A stretch of 64,000 bases of DNA. Source: Saccostrea echinata (lineage: Eukaryota). The position numbers and the translations under genes are program-made. Where the stretch lies: assembly GCF_033153115.1 (NCBI RefSeq), contig NW_026889772.1, positions 11,904,001 to 11,968,000 on the forward strand. The letters are read 5' to 3'. Numbering within the stretch: the stretch's first letter is position 1; each line of letters starts with the position of its first letter. Of this stretch, positions 13,293-26,600 are shown in pieces. Under the pieces are notes generated by a model. That model was not told the DNA's origin and ran no database searches. It worked only from the letters and a program-made list of their open reading frames with translations.

Positions 13293-16156
13293 ATGGAAAA
13301 TCGTGAAAAAGATTCAAGTCCAGATACAACAATCTTATCTCAACCCAGCAGTACGACAGAGAAACCTTACCGAAACTTAAGGGAATATACGGATCAGCTT
13401 CACGTATGGTTGTATCAGTATCGAATGTGGAGCTCAATGCAGTCATTTTCAATGATGTTCCCAATAATGCTTAATAACTGCCAAATTCCCCAATATTTGA
13501 TTCCTAACAGTAACTCTCTATATACTCAACACACCACCTCTACGTCAGTATCAAGCCATACAACTACACACAACAGAGCACCGGTTCATTCTCATGGAGC
13601 TCGAATTCAAAGAGGTAACTGTGAATACTTATACAAATATATCTGACTGTTAATTTGTAGTCTCACTGAACTCGGTCCCATCTGTCCCTTACCCTGGCTT
13701 GTTCCTGAAAGTGCATTTTAATGAGAAACAGCTGAGCTGATTTGGCTGAATTTCATGTATTTTAATTGAATACTTACCAAATGAAGTGTGATTGTAATTC
13801 TCTGAAGTATATATCAGTATTAGAAATCAGGTGAGATCACAAAGCAAATTCCAGAATTCAAACTTTAAAGGTGATGTGGCCACAAACCAAACTCTCAATA
13901 ATGATTGCGTGCAGTGCGGCACCTGATCTCAAATACTGACATCACATATACTTTGGAGATTAACAATCACACTTCTGTTTGGTAAGTATAGTGTACTTTT
14001 TAAATTTTCCATCTGATCAGCATACATCAGTATCGTGATCACTTGAGAGATTTAAAATGTGGCCACAACACATCATTTAGAAAGTAATTGAATTAACCCA
14101 TTTATTATCTTAATTTCTGCTATGAAAACATAATAAATCATAAAGGTTACCAAATTTATTAAATCAATCAGTTTCAACACATGAGTTTAACACAAATAAT
14201 TTGTATTTTCGCTTAGATAAAACTGACAATTCAAAGTTATCACTTTGACATGTATTAAAGAGCATAGAATTGCACAACTGATTGAATCTGGGTTAATCTC
14301 CACATTGACTTCTGGGATTTGCTTGGCAATCTCTAGTGATCTCAATACTGATGTATGCTGATGGGGAATTTTACCCATGCATTAGGATTCCTTCGCCCCT
14401 TTATCAAATCTCAATCAAACACAGAGGTGGACTACTCATTAATAGAATCTTATAATTCTGAACAGTGTTGCTTGGATTATTAGGTTTTAAACTAGTGAGA
14501 GCTAGATCTTCTGTAGCTTGAAATATTTAGTACAGTTTATTGAAAATGAATCCAAAATATGTCATTAAAGTGAATTGAAGCACATTATTGCATTTTCATG
14601 GTTAATCATAAGAGTAAAACTAAGTTTGAAGTGAGATGAATTAATGTGGGTATTTTTTCTGTTTTTTTTTTATATTGCAGTTGGAACTGTATATTCCTTA
14701 CCACCATTGTGGAAGAGAGTAGCAGCAGAAATAATAGACTTTATTGTGTTATTTTATCTAAAAGTTATGATGACTGTGCTGGTTTTAAGACAGATGGGTT
14801 ATTTGTAAGTATTCTTGAAATTTTAAGTTTAAACAGGTGAAGTACATATTTATCAATAAATTATAAAGTAAATTTTTTATCCAGTCAAATACAGCGATAC
14901 AACCAGAATTAAATTATTGTAGAATATAGACTGTAATATTTAGTAAATATGATGACCTGCAATTCAAGCCTAGATGTGTGTGGATAGTTATTTGAAAGGT
15001 ACTACATGTAATATTAAGTGCATATACTAATGAGGTAATCCATCATTAATACATCAGCATCTATACAAGTGTTCTGGTAAGGTTATTGATCCCTGTCTGT
15101 TTTATATTATTGTAGAAGGGATGATAATATTATTGAGCTTCCTATGGACATAATGCCAAAGTTTGACTTTCTGGAGATTACAGAGATGGACGTGGAGAAA
15201 GCCTTCAGTATCACGTCAGAACTGATAGCTCTAGAGGTCGTCAACAGAATGATGATTACTGTGTTTGAGGTTAAGACTCGCTTATCTTATTTCATTATTT
15301 TTTTATAATTATTTACGAAAATACTCATAATATCCCTGAAATATAAGTGCAAAGAGAGAGCAAAACAGAGTATTTAATGTTTAGCTTGAAGTAATAATTC
15401 ATTTAAATACATGTATTGATATCTAAATTTAAAATAAAAGCTTTATCAGTGATCTCAATTATAATTTTTGACATAATGTTTCTTTCCCTCAGACCCTTTG
15501 TTTATGTAAAGGCTTAGGGGGAATGGTGGGTGGAGCTACGCCAGGCAAGAGGATGCTGGGATTAAAAGTTGTTTCTTGTATACACGTCACTCCACAAGCC
15601 CATGGAAAGGTACTGGTGTGTCCCGCACATGATATTGGATTCTTTAGGTAAATATTTATTAAAAACGTTGAAAATTTAAATATGTACATTTATATAATAA
15701 ACATTAATTTCAGAGAAATTTTTTTGGCACAAAATTACAAAGCATCAAAGTTTCATGTTACTTTGAGGTTATTAAAAATATATATTTCACAATATTAGAG
15801 TTATTTCATGTAAAACTTATTAAGTTAATAAAGTGGAATTTTATTTAATATCAAGAAATTAAAATGTTTTAGTTATACATTTCCATGAAAATAGCTGATA
15901 ACTTCTCCTTTTTATAGAAATAAAAAAGAAATATCTTTATTGTGACATAATTGGAAACAATTAAGCACACTATTAACACTAGATGGTTTCTCTATTTTAC
16001 AGTGCATTAATAAGATCTGTCATCAAGAACTTTACCATGGCATTCTTTTTCCCGGCTTGTTTGACTGTTTTTATTTTCAAACACAACAGAGCTGCCTATG
16101 ATATTCTGGCCAAGACTATAGTTGTGGACGCTCGGCCAAATCAGCAATTTGTCTAG
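13293..16156 (+). CDS. FAM8A1: FAM8A1 (RDD-domain membrane protein, HRD1/ERAD cofactor)
   Basis: Exons 13293-13614, 14681-14804, 15116-15269, 15493-15647, 16003-16156 have GT-AG junctions and consistent phases. Motifs: YTDQLHVWLYQY, PPLWKRVAAEIIDF, GGATPGKRMLGLKVVSC, RSVIKNF...PAC...HNRAAYDILAKTIVV. Confidence 0.93.
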
Positions 16157-16836
16157 CCTGGTTTCAGTGAAGGATTTTTGAAACTAATTTTTGGAATTGT
16201 GAATAAACCGAAACGTTTTTAATAAAGTTGATCATTAGATCAGATTAGTTCTCTGCATCAGGATCAGATGCATACACTATTCTTTGTAAAATTTTTGAAG
16301 TTTTTGCTCACGGTTTAAGTTGTTGAATTTGAAGCTTAATTCTTCACGTAATAATGCATAGTATTTTAAAGTATGGACTTCTTATATCTGAGCATCTAGA
16401 AGAAAATATTAAGCTTGAACTAAAATATATTTTATTTTGAAAATAGTTAAGATATTTGTCTGAATGTCATACTGAATTAAGAATAAGAATTTCAGCAGGA
16501 CCCAGCCATTGTACATGTGGAAACCATGTCCATTATGTTGAGAAAGACTAGTCTTCTTGAGATATTAATCATGCAATTAAAATTGTGGAAAGAAAAATAA
16601 TTAATAATATTTTTTATGGTAATGACTCTTGGTACAGTAAATGTATCTTATTAAGTATGAGAGAGCACAAAGGATCCCCCTTGGAGTGTGATTGATTATG
16701 ATTTTTATCCTACAAGCTAAGATTTTTTTGTTATCACAGAGCCTTTGGTTAGCAGATAGAAAACACATAGTAAGATTTTAAAAAAACCCATAGAGTATGG
16801 GTAATTCTTTTTCTCACATGCATTTTCCTTAATTTA

Positions 16837-17136
16837 CAGGCACGTGGTATCGTTTTTGAAAAGGGGAGGGGGGGGGGGGGGTAGGGCAGAATAAGAATTT
16901 AACAACTTACTGAAAACTGACAAGAATACAAGAAAATTTTCCAAACTCGAAAATCCTACTTTTTGAGGGGGTAGGTTAAATTCCGACTTTCTTTATTTAT
17001 ACATTTCTACTGCAAGAAAAAGTGGGGAGGGGAGCCAACCGGCCTTTCAATGAACATTTTCATAAGTAAAAGGTTAAGTCTGCATGGAAACGGTGAGGGG
17101 CCAGGCCCTCTTCTCCCCAGCGATACTACGTGCCTG
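16837..17136. mobile_element. MITE with 16-bp terminal inverted repeats
   Basis: CAGGCACGTGGTATCG ... CGATACTACGTGCCTG; a related partial copy lies at ~8181-8264. Confidence 0.7.
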
Positions 17137-17204
17137 ATTAAGTGGTTTTACCCCCTTTCACTTTCCTATTACTTATGTAAACATATGGTACACCTGGCTC
17201 AGTG

Positions 17205-17395
17205 AAAGGTGAAAGTGATCAGTTTCATAAATCCAGTGAGGAATACGAATCGTGAATGGCAAAACACAGACCCATGGAAAACCCATAGGTGGGATCAGGT
17301 GCCTAGGAGGAGTAAACATCCCCTGTCAGCCGCTAACACCCACGGTGAACTCTCTGTTTAGATGAAGTAAACAGAGTAATAGGTAGTCAAAATAC
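17205..17395 (-). mobile_element. Naiad 3' UTR fragment (second subfamily)
   Basis: GGTGGGATCAGGTGCCTAGGAGGAGTAAACATCCCCTGTC motif. Confidence 0.8.
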
Positions 17396-18374
17396 ATTGG
17401 CGGGAAATATGTCAGTCAAAAAGTCACTTGAATTATAATTAATATTGACAATTTTCTTCATGTACTATATAACTGCACATTTGATTATTTAAAGGATTTA
17501 CTTGAACTAATGAGAATAAAAAAGGGGTAGAATGTATGTGAATGTTAATTACAGATAAATAAGTAAATCATCTATTAGTTAATATATTTGTATCTTTCTA
17601 TATGCATTTACAGTTGTAAAGGAGATTTGCAATATAGCCATACTTTTAAGGAAGCTCTAAACAGGGCTAATTCCATGTTAGTTTTATGCAGTTAGAGTGA
17701 TCTGCCCTTTGGTGTAAAGTGGAATACACTGTATACTGAAATCTACGGCAAATAATACAATTTAAGTGGGCTTATTCTTAACATTATATTAGCTGAAGAT
17801 AAAGTAAATGAACACTTTATTTGCATACATTTTCCCAATTTATGAAATTATGAACATTCATGGTACACTGTAATCGGTAAAGTGACCATGAAATTTATAC
17901 CTTAAAATATACAGGTACTTCCCTCAGTCACCTAGTGTTTATGTAGCAAGTAAGAAAATTGACAAAAATGAAGAGGTGCATGTTATTTTGTTCAACAGCA
18001 TATGAAAGATCTATGACTTCCCAAATGGCATTGACAATTGGTCTTGAAATCGCCTCTAAATCAAGGTTTCTTCCACTGGCCAACCCCAGCCAACAAGTAG
18101 CAATATCTAAAGTGAAATTAAAGATGGTGGAAAGATATCAGTATCAACAAGTTTTGCATAAGAATTATCAGCTTTTTATATTTAATTTGTTTCGGCATCT
18201 TCAGTTGGGGTTTTGGGGACTGGTCAAACTTTGAATAGCGAGATCATGTCAGAATCACCGTAAATACTATCTGTGAATCATGATATGACCTTTTTTCTGA
18301 TAGTCCTATCCATTACCTTTTTTCTTAATCATAGTAAAAGCCAGGCTTTAATTGTTAAATACCACACTGCAAAG

Positions 18375-19035
18375 TCCGAGGTGAATATAATATACGAATT
18401 CTGAACAGGACAAAACACGGACCCCTGGAAACACCAGAGGTGGAATCAGGTGCCGAGGAGGAGTAAGCATCCCCTGTCGAACTCTCACTCGCTGTGAGCT
18501 CTCTGTATTTATCAGGGAAACGGGATACCCGGTAATAAGTAGTCAAAATTAGTGTAAAATTTCAGTCAAAATACGACCCAAGAATAGGTTGTATTTGCAA
18601 ACAAGGTCATTATAACGACCATTGAATTTGTGAAATATTGACTTTAAACGGGATTGTTCAAAGCCTTGTAACATCAACTTATATGTCAGTAGCCTGACTC
18701 GGTTTAAAAAAAAAATCGAACCCAGAACGTGCTTTTGCGTACTGAATGTGTTGGGAGACATATAAACACCATATAGAGGTGATATTGGAATATTGCTACA
18801 GAAATAGGGTAAGCTGAGGATGGAAAAGCGGAAATCATCATGTTTGTAATAAAGTTGAGTTGTTATTTGGCCATTTACTTCTATAGTCAGTAAAATAATA
18901 CATTTATGAAACGGATGTTGCAGACTGTGTTCTTTTTTTCGACTTCACTAGGATATAACAGAGATATACATGTTATTTATGTTTCTAAGTATATCAAGTC
19001 GACATGTTTTCTTTACTTTCATTACTTGAACCCAT
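18375..19035 (-). mobile_element. Naiad RT C-terminus and 3' UTR, degenerate
   Basis: ORF 18549-18761 (QSRLKSIFHKFNGRYNDLVCKYNL) is homologous to the 753-aa RT C-terminus; UTR motif at 18415-18500. Confidence 0.85.
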
Positions 19036-19104
19036 AGACTTCTATTGTCGGAATTTTTAGTTCATTTGTCGCTGAGTATAATGTCGAGTCAATTAACTTA
19101 ACTA

Positions 19105-19259
19105 CTTTTAAGCTCACCTAAAGTTTCAAGGTAGCTTTTCTGATCAAATTTTCCTTCGTCGTTGTAGTCGTTATTTTGTTGCCATCGTGAATTTTAATAT
19201 CTTCATCTTCTCAGAACCACTGTGTCAATATCAAAAAACCTTGCCAAAAATCATCCTTT

Positions 19260-19298
<39 letters not shown>

Positions 19299-19830
19299 TC
19301 CTCTATCAAAGGGAGATAATGAAAAATTAATGGCATCTTTCAAAAAGCTTCTCAAGAACCACTGGGCAAGAAAAGTTGAAAATTATATGAAAGCTTCATG
19401 ACATAATGCACATTCAAACATTCAATCATGACCACGGGGGTAGGGTGGGGCCACTATATGCGATTAAAGTTTTACAAAGTCTTTAAAAATCTTCCTCTCA
19501 TAAACTTCTGGGCCAGAAAACTTGAAACATATGTGAAAGCTTCATTACATAGTATAAATTTAAATTTGTTTAAATCATGGCCCCGGGGGTATATAGGGTT
19601 GGGCAAAAATGGACGATCAAAGTTTTACATAAAAATACATGCAATGTACATAGGAAAAAAGTCTTGAAAAATCTTCTTCTCAAAGATCTTCTTCGCAAAG
19701 GCATGTAGTCATATTGATATTGAAGCATCCTCAGGTAGTGTAGATTCAAGTTTGTTCAAATCATGATCCCCAGGGCAACAATAGTGATAAAAGTATACAG
19801 AAAAAATATACTGATGTAGTGACTCAGTTG
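19105..19830 (+). mobile_element. HINE/Helentron-like non-autonomous element with internal satellite-like repeats
   Basis: Starts TTTTAAGCTCACCT...AGCTTTTCTGATCA, followed by a (GTC)n-like stretch and repeated ATTCAAGTTTGTTCAAAT / AAATCTTC units, as recalled for bivalve HINEs. Confidence 0.6.
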
Positions 19831-20674
19831 AGTGTACTATCGTACATCTTTTTGATCCGTTCCTGATAATCGTGTACATTTCCGAACGATATATTTCTAC
19901 ACAACTGTCGCCATGTTAATTTTGTGCAAAATTAATAATGAGTATGAACATGAAAAGTAGCAGGTTTGTCACTAAAATTGAATTATAAGCATTGGCTATA
20001 TAAATTATTTTGTTCATAGAGAAATACATCTAAAAAAACGAATCGAACACTTTTTTTCTATGAAAGCCGAAAGTGATTCGTTTTTAAGATTAATTTTTTG
20101 ATGTACAAAATAATGTAAGTTATATAGTTAATACTATATTGATAAAATCTTGTAGATATACTAGTATCTTAATGTCGAATTAAAGGCCACAATGAGTTTT
20201 CTGCTTCTCATGTAGAAGTTTTTGAATAGAAGAATATAAAAATAGGTCGGCAGAGACAGGAGCACAATTAGTGCCCATCGAAAATCGATTTTTTTTTGGC
20301 CAGCTCCGTCGGACTTAATACCCTAAAACACCGATAATATATATTTTTAGCCCATTATTAAAGAGCATTTTTACTGACTTAACTCTCGGTCGAGAAAAGT
20401 ATTGTTTGGTATTGTTTCATAGCTTTTTCATTATGAAAACATTCCATTTAACACTAAGGTAATAAAAAAAAAACTACTTTCACTTTAGACAAGTCATAGG
20501 CATTTTCTTACCCTTATTACCCAAAGTCTTTTGAAACTTTCACATCTCGACTTTGACTGAGAAAAGAAAATACATTAGTCTGCTAAATATTTTTTGGTAT
20601 CGAAACATACGCAAAGTTACTCGCCATTACACTTTTAAAAATTTTAATTTTAACACCACAAAGAAATCGAAATA

Positions 20675-23600
20675 TCATTTTCCATGATGACCATGATGAG
20701 CCACCACACTTTCCAGTCGAATGCGACTTAACCAGTAATGGCCATAACTAAGATTCCTCGAGTCCTTACGTATGAGCAGGGTAAAATTTCGATCGTTGAG
20801 AAATTGGTTTGTGTCGAGTTTGTGAATCTGCCATCTCAAATCCGCACCAAAGGTGCCATTATATGCTTCTTGAATGGCATGGTTGTTGAGTAAAATATCG
20901 ACTCTCCCAAGACCATTTATGGTTTTGCATGCGCTCAGTTGTAAGTTGGTGAGTGGTTCTCCATTCGTTTTGAAAGTGATGCTGACGTAACTGTTTGTCT
21001 CGGCCAGAATTAGGTAGTCATGTCTTGCGTGAGCGTGATTTACCGTGTAATTATTTTTCACCACTGGGAGTACCCTGTAATATTGCTCCTTTATACTTTG
21101 ACATATAGAGGCACTAACTCCAGCACTGTGACGACATGTCCTGTGTACTGGATCAAAGTCGAACAGAACAACATTCTCATACCAAGAATTAGAGCGATCT
21201 GCAAAATAGTTAAAATTATAATGGAAAAAATTAAAGTTGCTATGACAAGAGGCTTACGGATCTTAACTGCATTTGAGTGTCTATATGGCCCCCTTCCTTA
21301 TCTATAGTATTTTGTTCAAAAGAGAGTGCTTCAGACAAACCTAATAATGTATACTCCATGTATTAAGATATTTTTTATAAGAATTTGACGCATTGATTTG
21401 GGGAAGAATTTTTTGAATAAATCATTATAACGACCATAAGATTTCCGAAATGCTGACTTTTAACGACGTTGTTGAAATCTCTGTAACATCAACTTATTTT
21501 TCAGTAGCCTGTCATGTTCTTCAGTATCGAATAAGTTGGGCTACGTAAACACCATATGCAGGTGATAGTGAAATATATTACTACATGTATATAAATAGGT
21601 GACGATGAAAATGCTGGTCATCTCGTTTGTCATATAGTTTAGTTTGCCCTTATCGTCTATAGTCAGTAAAACATCAAAATACGAAACGGATATGGCAGAC
21701 TCTATAGCTGTAGTTTTTTTTTTTTTTTTTTTTTCAAGTTCACTAGGATATATCGAGTCAAAATATGAATGGAAGTAACTTGATAAAACGTCGTCGATAT
21801 TTCTGAATGTCTGTTGAAGGCCACAGCAAATGCATGTAGAAGTTTTTTGAAGAATTTCATCAACATTTACTATCAAAACAATTCTTTTAAAAGATAATTT
21901 ATAAGATTGATTGTGCATTTTAAAAGAGAATCATTAAATTATACGTTTCATTTATTGTATTTTTAAGTCTATACATAACATAGTTGATATTCAGCGTGTT
22001 ACATGTATAAACATTTTACTACATTCATTGTTTGATGTAAACTAGAATGTTGTATCTGTTTGTTTGCTGTACTAGTACTAAAGCGACTACATGAAATAAC
22101 AGAGGTCAGGTTCTATTTGATTACCTTCGTTTAGTGTTTCGTAGATTTCAAACCCTTTTAAATAGATAAACATGAATTGACAGTGTGCAATGTATTTAAG
22201 TTGACAAATAATTGTCTTAAAACAAAATACTAGTAAACAAAATAGTTTTCTTTTTCATCTAACAACGTTTGTCCATACACATGTACCTCGACAAAGTCCA
22301 CACGACTTTCTGCAGTATTGGGCTGTTTCACAGTCACTGCATATTGACGCTAGGGCAGCAGGATCACGACAGTCTGTCTCAGAGACATCTCCACAAGGCG
22401 TGTGTGGTGGTTCTTGAAAATGATCCACATCTAAACAAATATGTATGATAATAGAATCCAAGATTGCAACAAAACTTGAAATTCCCTATGTAAAACATAC
22501 CAGATCCCATTGCTATTACATATGTAACTGGTAGATTTAGAGGAACCGATTGCATGTGCTATCTATAAAAAATCTTTTGATCGCATGTTAAATTCTATAC
22601 CTGTGTTGCAAATCTCTTTAGGACAAAATTCAGTGTTATAAGACGTCACGTCTCTTTTTCCTATAACACCCTGCGCCGACAAACAAGCTGGTTTCTGTGG
22701 GGAAAAGATTGATATTGGAACGGATTATTGAAAATCGGTTATCTCTGATACCTGTATAATTAAATTATTTTTTCTGGTTCAGAATTGTATTGCTAAGATT
22801 TTATTTTTATGCCCCCGTATCGAAGATTCGGGGGTATATAGTTTTTGCCCTGTCCGTCCTTCTGTCTGTTTATCTGTTTGTCTGTTTGTCCGCAAAAACT
22901 TTAACATTGCCCATAACTTTTGATTGGCTGAAGCTATGGCTTTCAAATTGCACATGTGTATTCCTTGTGACAAGACCTTATTTTGGGTACCATCAAATTT
23001 GACCTTTTGACCTTGACCTTGGAGTTTGACCCAGTTTTGTAAAATTTTACTCTATGTTAACCTTGGCCATAACTTTTGAACAGTTGGTGCTAGGGCTTTC
23101 ATACTTCATATGTTTAATCCTTGTGACAAGACTTTTCTTTGGATACCAACAACTTTGACCCTTGATCTAGGAGTTTGACCTATATTTGAAAAACTTTAAC
23201 ATTGCCCATGACTTTTGGAAAGTTGGTGCTAAGGCTTTCCTACTTCATATATGTAATCCTTGTGACAAGACCTTCCTTTGGATACCAACAAATCTGACCC
23301 ATTGACCTTGAAATTGGAGTTTGACCTACTTTTGAAAAACTTTAATTTTGGCAATAACTTTTCAACGGTTGGAGCTTGGGCTTTAATACTTCATATATGT
23401 AATCCTTGTGACAAGAACTTCCTTTGGTATCATCGACTTTGACTCCTTGACCTTGGAGTTTGACCTACTTTTGGAAAATTTAACCTTAGACATAACTTTT
23501 GAACAGTTGATGCAAGGGCTTTCATGTTTAACATGTCTATTCCTTGTGACAAGACCTTCCTTTGGATACCAACAATTGTATTCTACTGATCTTGACCTTG

Positions 23601-26600
23601 GAGTATGACCTACTTTTGAAAAACTTTAACCGTGGCCATAACTTTTGAACGATTGGTGCTACGGCTTTCATATTTCACATATGTGTTTCTTGTGAGAAGG
23701 CAATTCCGTTCGCATAATTAATTTTGACCTTGACCTTGATGTTTGACTTTCTTTTGAAAAACTTTAGGCTTTTCCATATCTATTCAATGGTTGCTGCTAG
23801 GGCTTTCATATTTCACAAGTATATTCCCCGAGACAAGATCTTGTTTTGGGTACCAACATACTTGATTTGCATTTGAGAAAGTTTAACCTTTGCTATAAGT
23901 TGCCATACGGGGGCATCAGTGTTTCACAAACACATCTTGTTCTTTTGAGCAACACTAGCAGTTACTTTAAAATTTTTTTACAATTTTATTTTATTGACCG
24001 TATCGGTATATTAATTTGATCTATTCAATGCCACCAAAACATATACCCCCAAAACTTCGAAAAATTCATTTTCAAGTCTTATCATGGAGACTCATAAATT
24101 AAATGATATATCTCCTATAAATCACCCATCTAAAAGGATAGAATAGCTACTAAAAGCAAAACATAGAAGATTTATTTAGCTACTAAAGGCAATAACAACG
24201 AAAGGCAGTCTCAGAAGACTTAGAGTAAAGTAACAGAATGATTACACAGCTAATAAAAGCAATAGCAACAAAAGACAGCTTAGAAGGGGGAAACAGAGGG
24301 ATGACAACCAAATGCATGCAATATTAAATAGGCAACCTTATAAGCAAACAGAAGGAACGCTTAAAACAAGACAGAAACAGAAGATTATTGATATAACACA
24401 AGACAGCAAGGCAGACACAGAAGAAATAACTTAACACAAGACAGAAACTGAAGAAATGACTATTTAATGCAATGACAAGAAAAGGATTTCCTACTTATTT
24501 ATTCAATTTAGCTCAAATATGGTTGGTGTACATATTTGTTGAATAACAATTTTGTCAATGAAATTTGGAAAAAAAATATGTTATTGCATTTTTGAAATGA
24601 AGAAATTTCTACTCCCTTTGAGGTTTATGAAAATGCTCTAAAGGTTCTTCTAAAGCTTCTCATAATTATCGTTAATTAGAACCAAAGTAAATCAACAGGT
24701 GCTGTGGTATTCAGACTTCAGAAGAGCAAAGGTTGTAAGAAAATTCTCTTGGATCTAAAAGCCCCCATGATAAAAGAGGTTCGGAAAGAAGAATGATAAT
24801 TGACATTGTTAGTCCGTCCCTATGGAGAGCTCATTTATTAATAATTTTTCATGCAATGTTTCAAATAGGAAAGAAGGACTTGTGTAAAAAAAAATTGAGA
24901 GAGAGAGAGAGAGAGAAATCAAATGCATCTATATCTGTGGATTAGCATGAATAATTCTAATTTCCAACAACAAAAATTTCAAAACCTTTTGAAATATTTT
25001 GAGTAAAATTCATGGGTATACCTCAGCACAACCAAACTTCTTCGCCTTCGTTCCCGTTGAAAGAGTTGTTGTATTCACGTAGCACTGAAGAAAATAATTT
25101 TTTTTTATTGCACAAGCATTCCAAAATATCTTTGATCCTATCTTCGTCACTGTAACGCTAGCGGTTCTGCTAGAAATTGTTTTCATAGTACAAATAATTC
25201 ACTCAACTCCTTTTATAAATGCACCATTCGCAAAGAAGACGTAAGATTATAAACATTAACAATTAAATTTATTAAGTGCATTATCAACAAACAATTTATT
25301 TAAACGACGACATTCACACCACATTCATACCAAACTACTAATAATAAATAAGTTTAATAAAAATAAATAATTAAACCATAAAACAGACTGAAAAACCACC
25401 CCAAAAACCTAACGTCTATTTCCTATGCGTATAAAATATGTGACAAGCCGTAGTTATTTTTAATCTTGACTTGTAAAACTTAACACCAAGCTTTACTGTA
25501 TTTAGCAGGTTAGCTTGTTAAACTCCTAAAATACTTTATTAAATAAGGACACAAGCCGTGGTTATTTATAACTTTGACTTGTTAAACCTAACAACAAGCA
25601 TTACTGTGTTTAACAGGTTAGCTTGTAAACACTAAGGGCAAAGAAAGATAACTCTAATAATCATAAGTGAGTTTATCGAGAAGCAACGTTTAAAAATTCC
25701 CAAGTACTCTAATAAAATAATTTCTATTAAAAATAATTGAAGAAAAATTTACGTATCTAGAATAATTAAATTACTGTCTGAAAATAAAATAAATAATTGA
25801 CTTTCGTTGAACTAATCAACTTTAGTCATCATAAAAGAGAAAGATAGCAAACGTATAACTTTAGTTACATAGTTTGCATTAAAATAAAAATGAAATAAAA
25901 TAGAGTAAAAAATGTAAAATAAAATAATCCTAGATAAATTAATTACTGAAGAAGACTACTCAGTCATAGACTGTTGAGTCTTTAAAACAACCGATAGCGG
26001 ACAATAGTATTTCACTATTTAATGTCCTAGTCGGTTAAATTCTATTCTAACTAAATAAATCAAAAATAAAATAAATTCCTAAATAAAAATAAAAGATAGA
26101 CAAAATAAAAAATTAAAATAAAATCCTAAACAAAATCTGAGAGTTCCGTAAAACTGACCTACCAAATCAAAATAAGCAGAAGAGTGACTAAAAATTCTCA
26201 GCGTCTAACTTTTATATGACTCTATGACAGAAAATAACGGAAAATGCTGGAAAATGACAGAGATATTAACAGAATTATTAAATTATGAAATTTCATTGGA
26301 TTATCAATTAATGATCAATTATATCGAACAATCTGATTGGTCAATAGTAAAACGTCACGATCTTTCACGTGAACAAGTGTCACCAAATGTTCTATACAAG
26401 TATGAAATAATTAATTCTTACATATTTATCAATTAAATTAAAAATATATTTCACAATAAATAATTAAAACAAAACAAACTGAACTTAAAACAATATTCAG
26501 TTAATCTCGAAATACAGTCATTCATAAGATACCGCCATTCAAACTCGATATATTTATCGGTTATATTACAAATGCAAGGATAAATTTATCAATTACTTTA

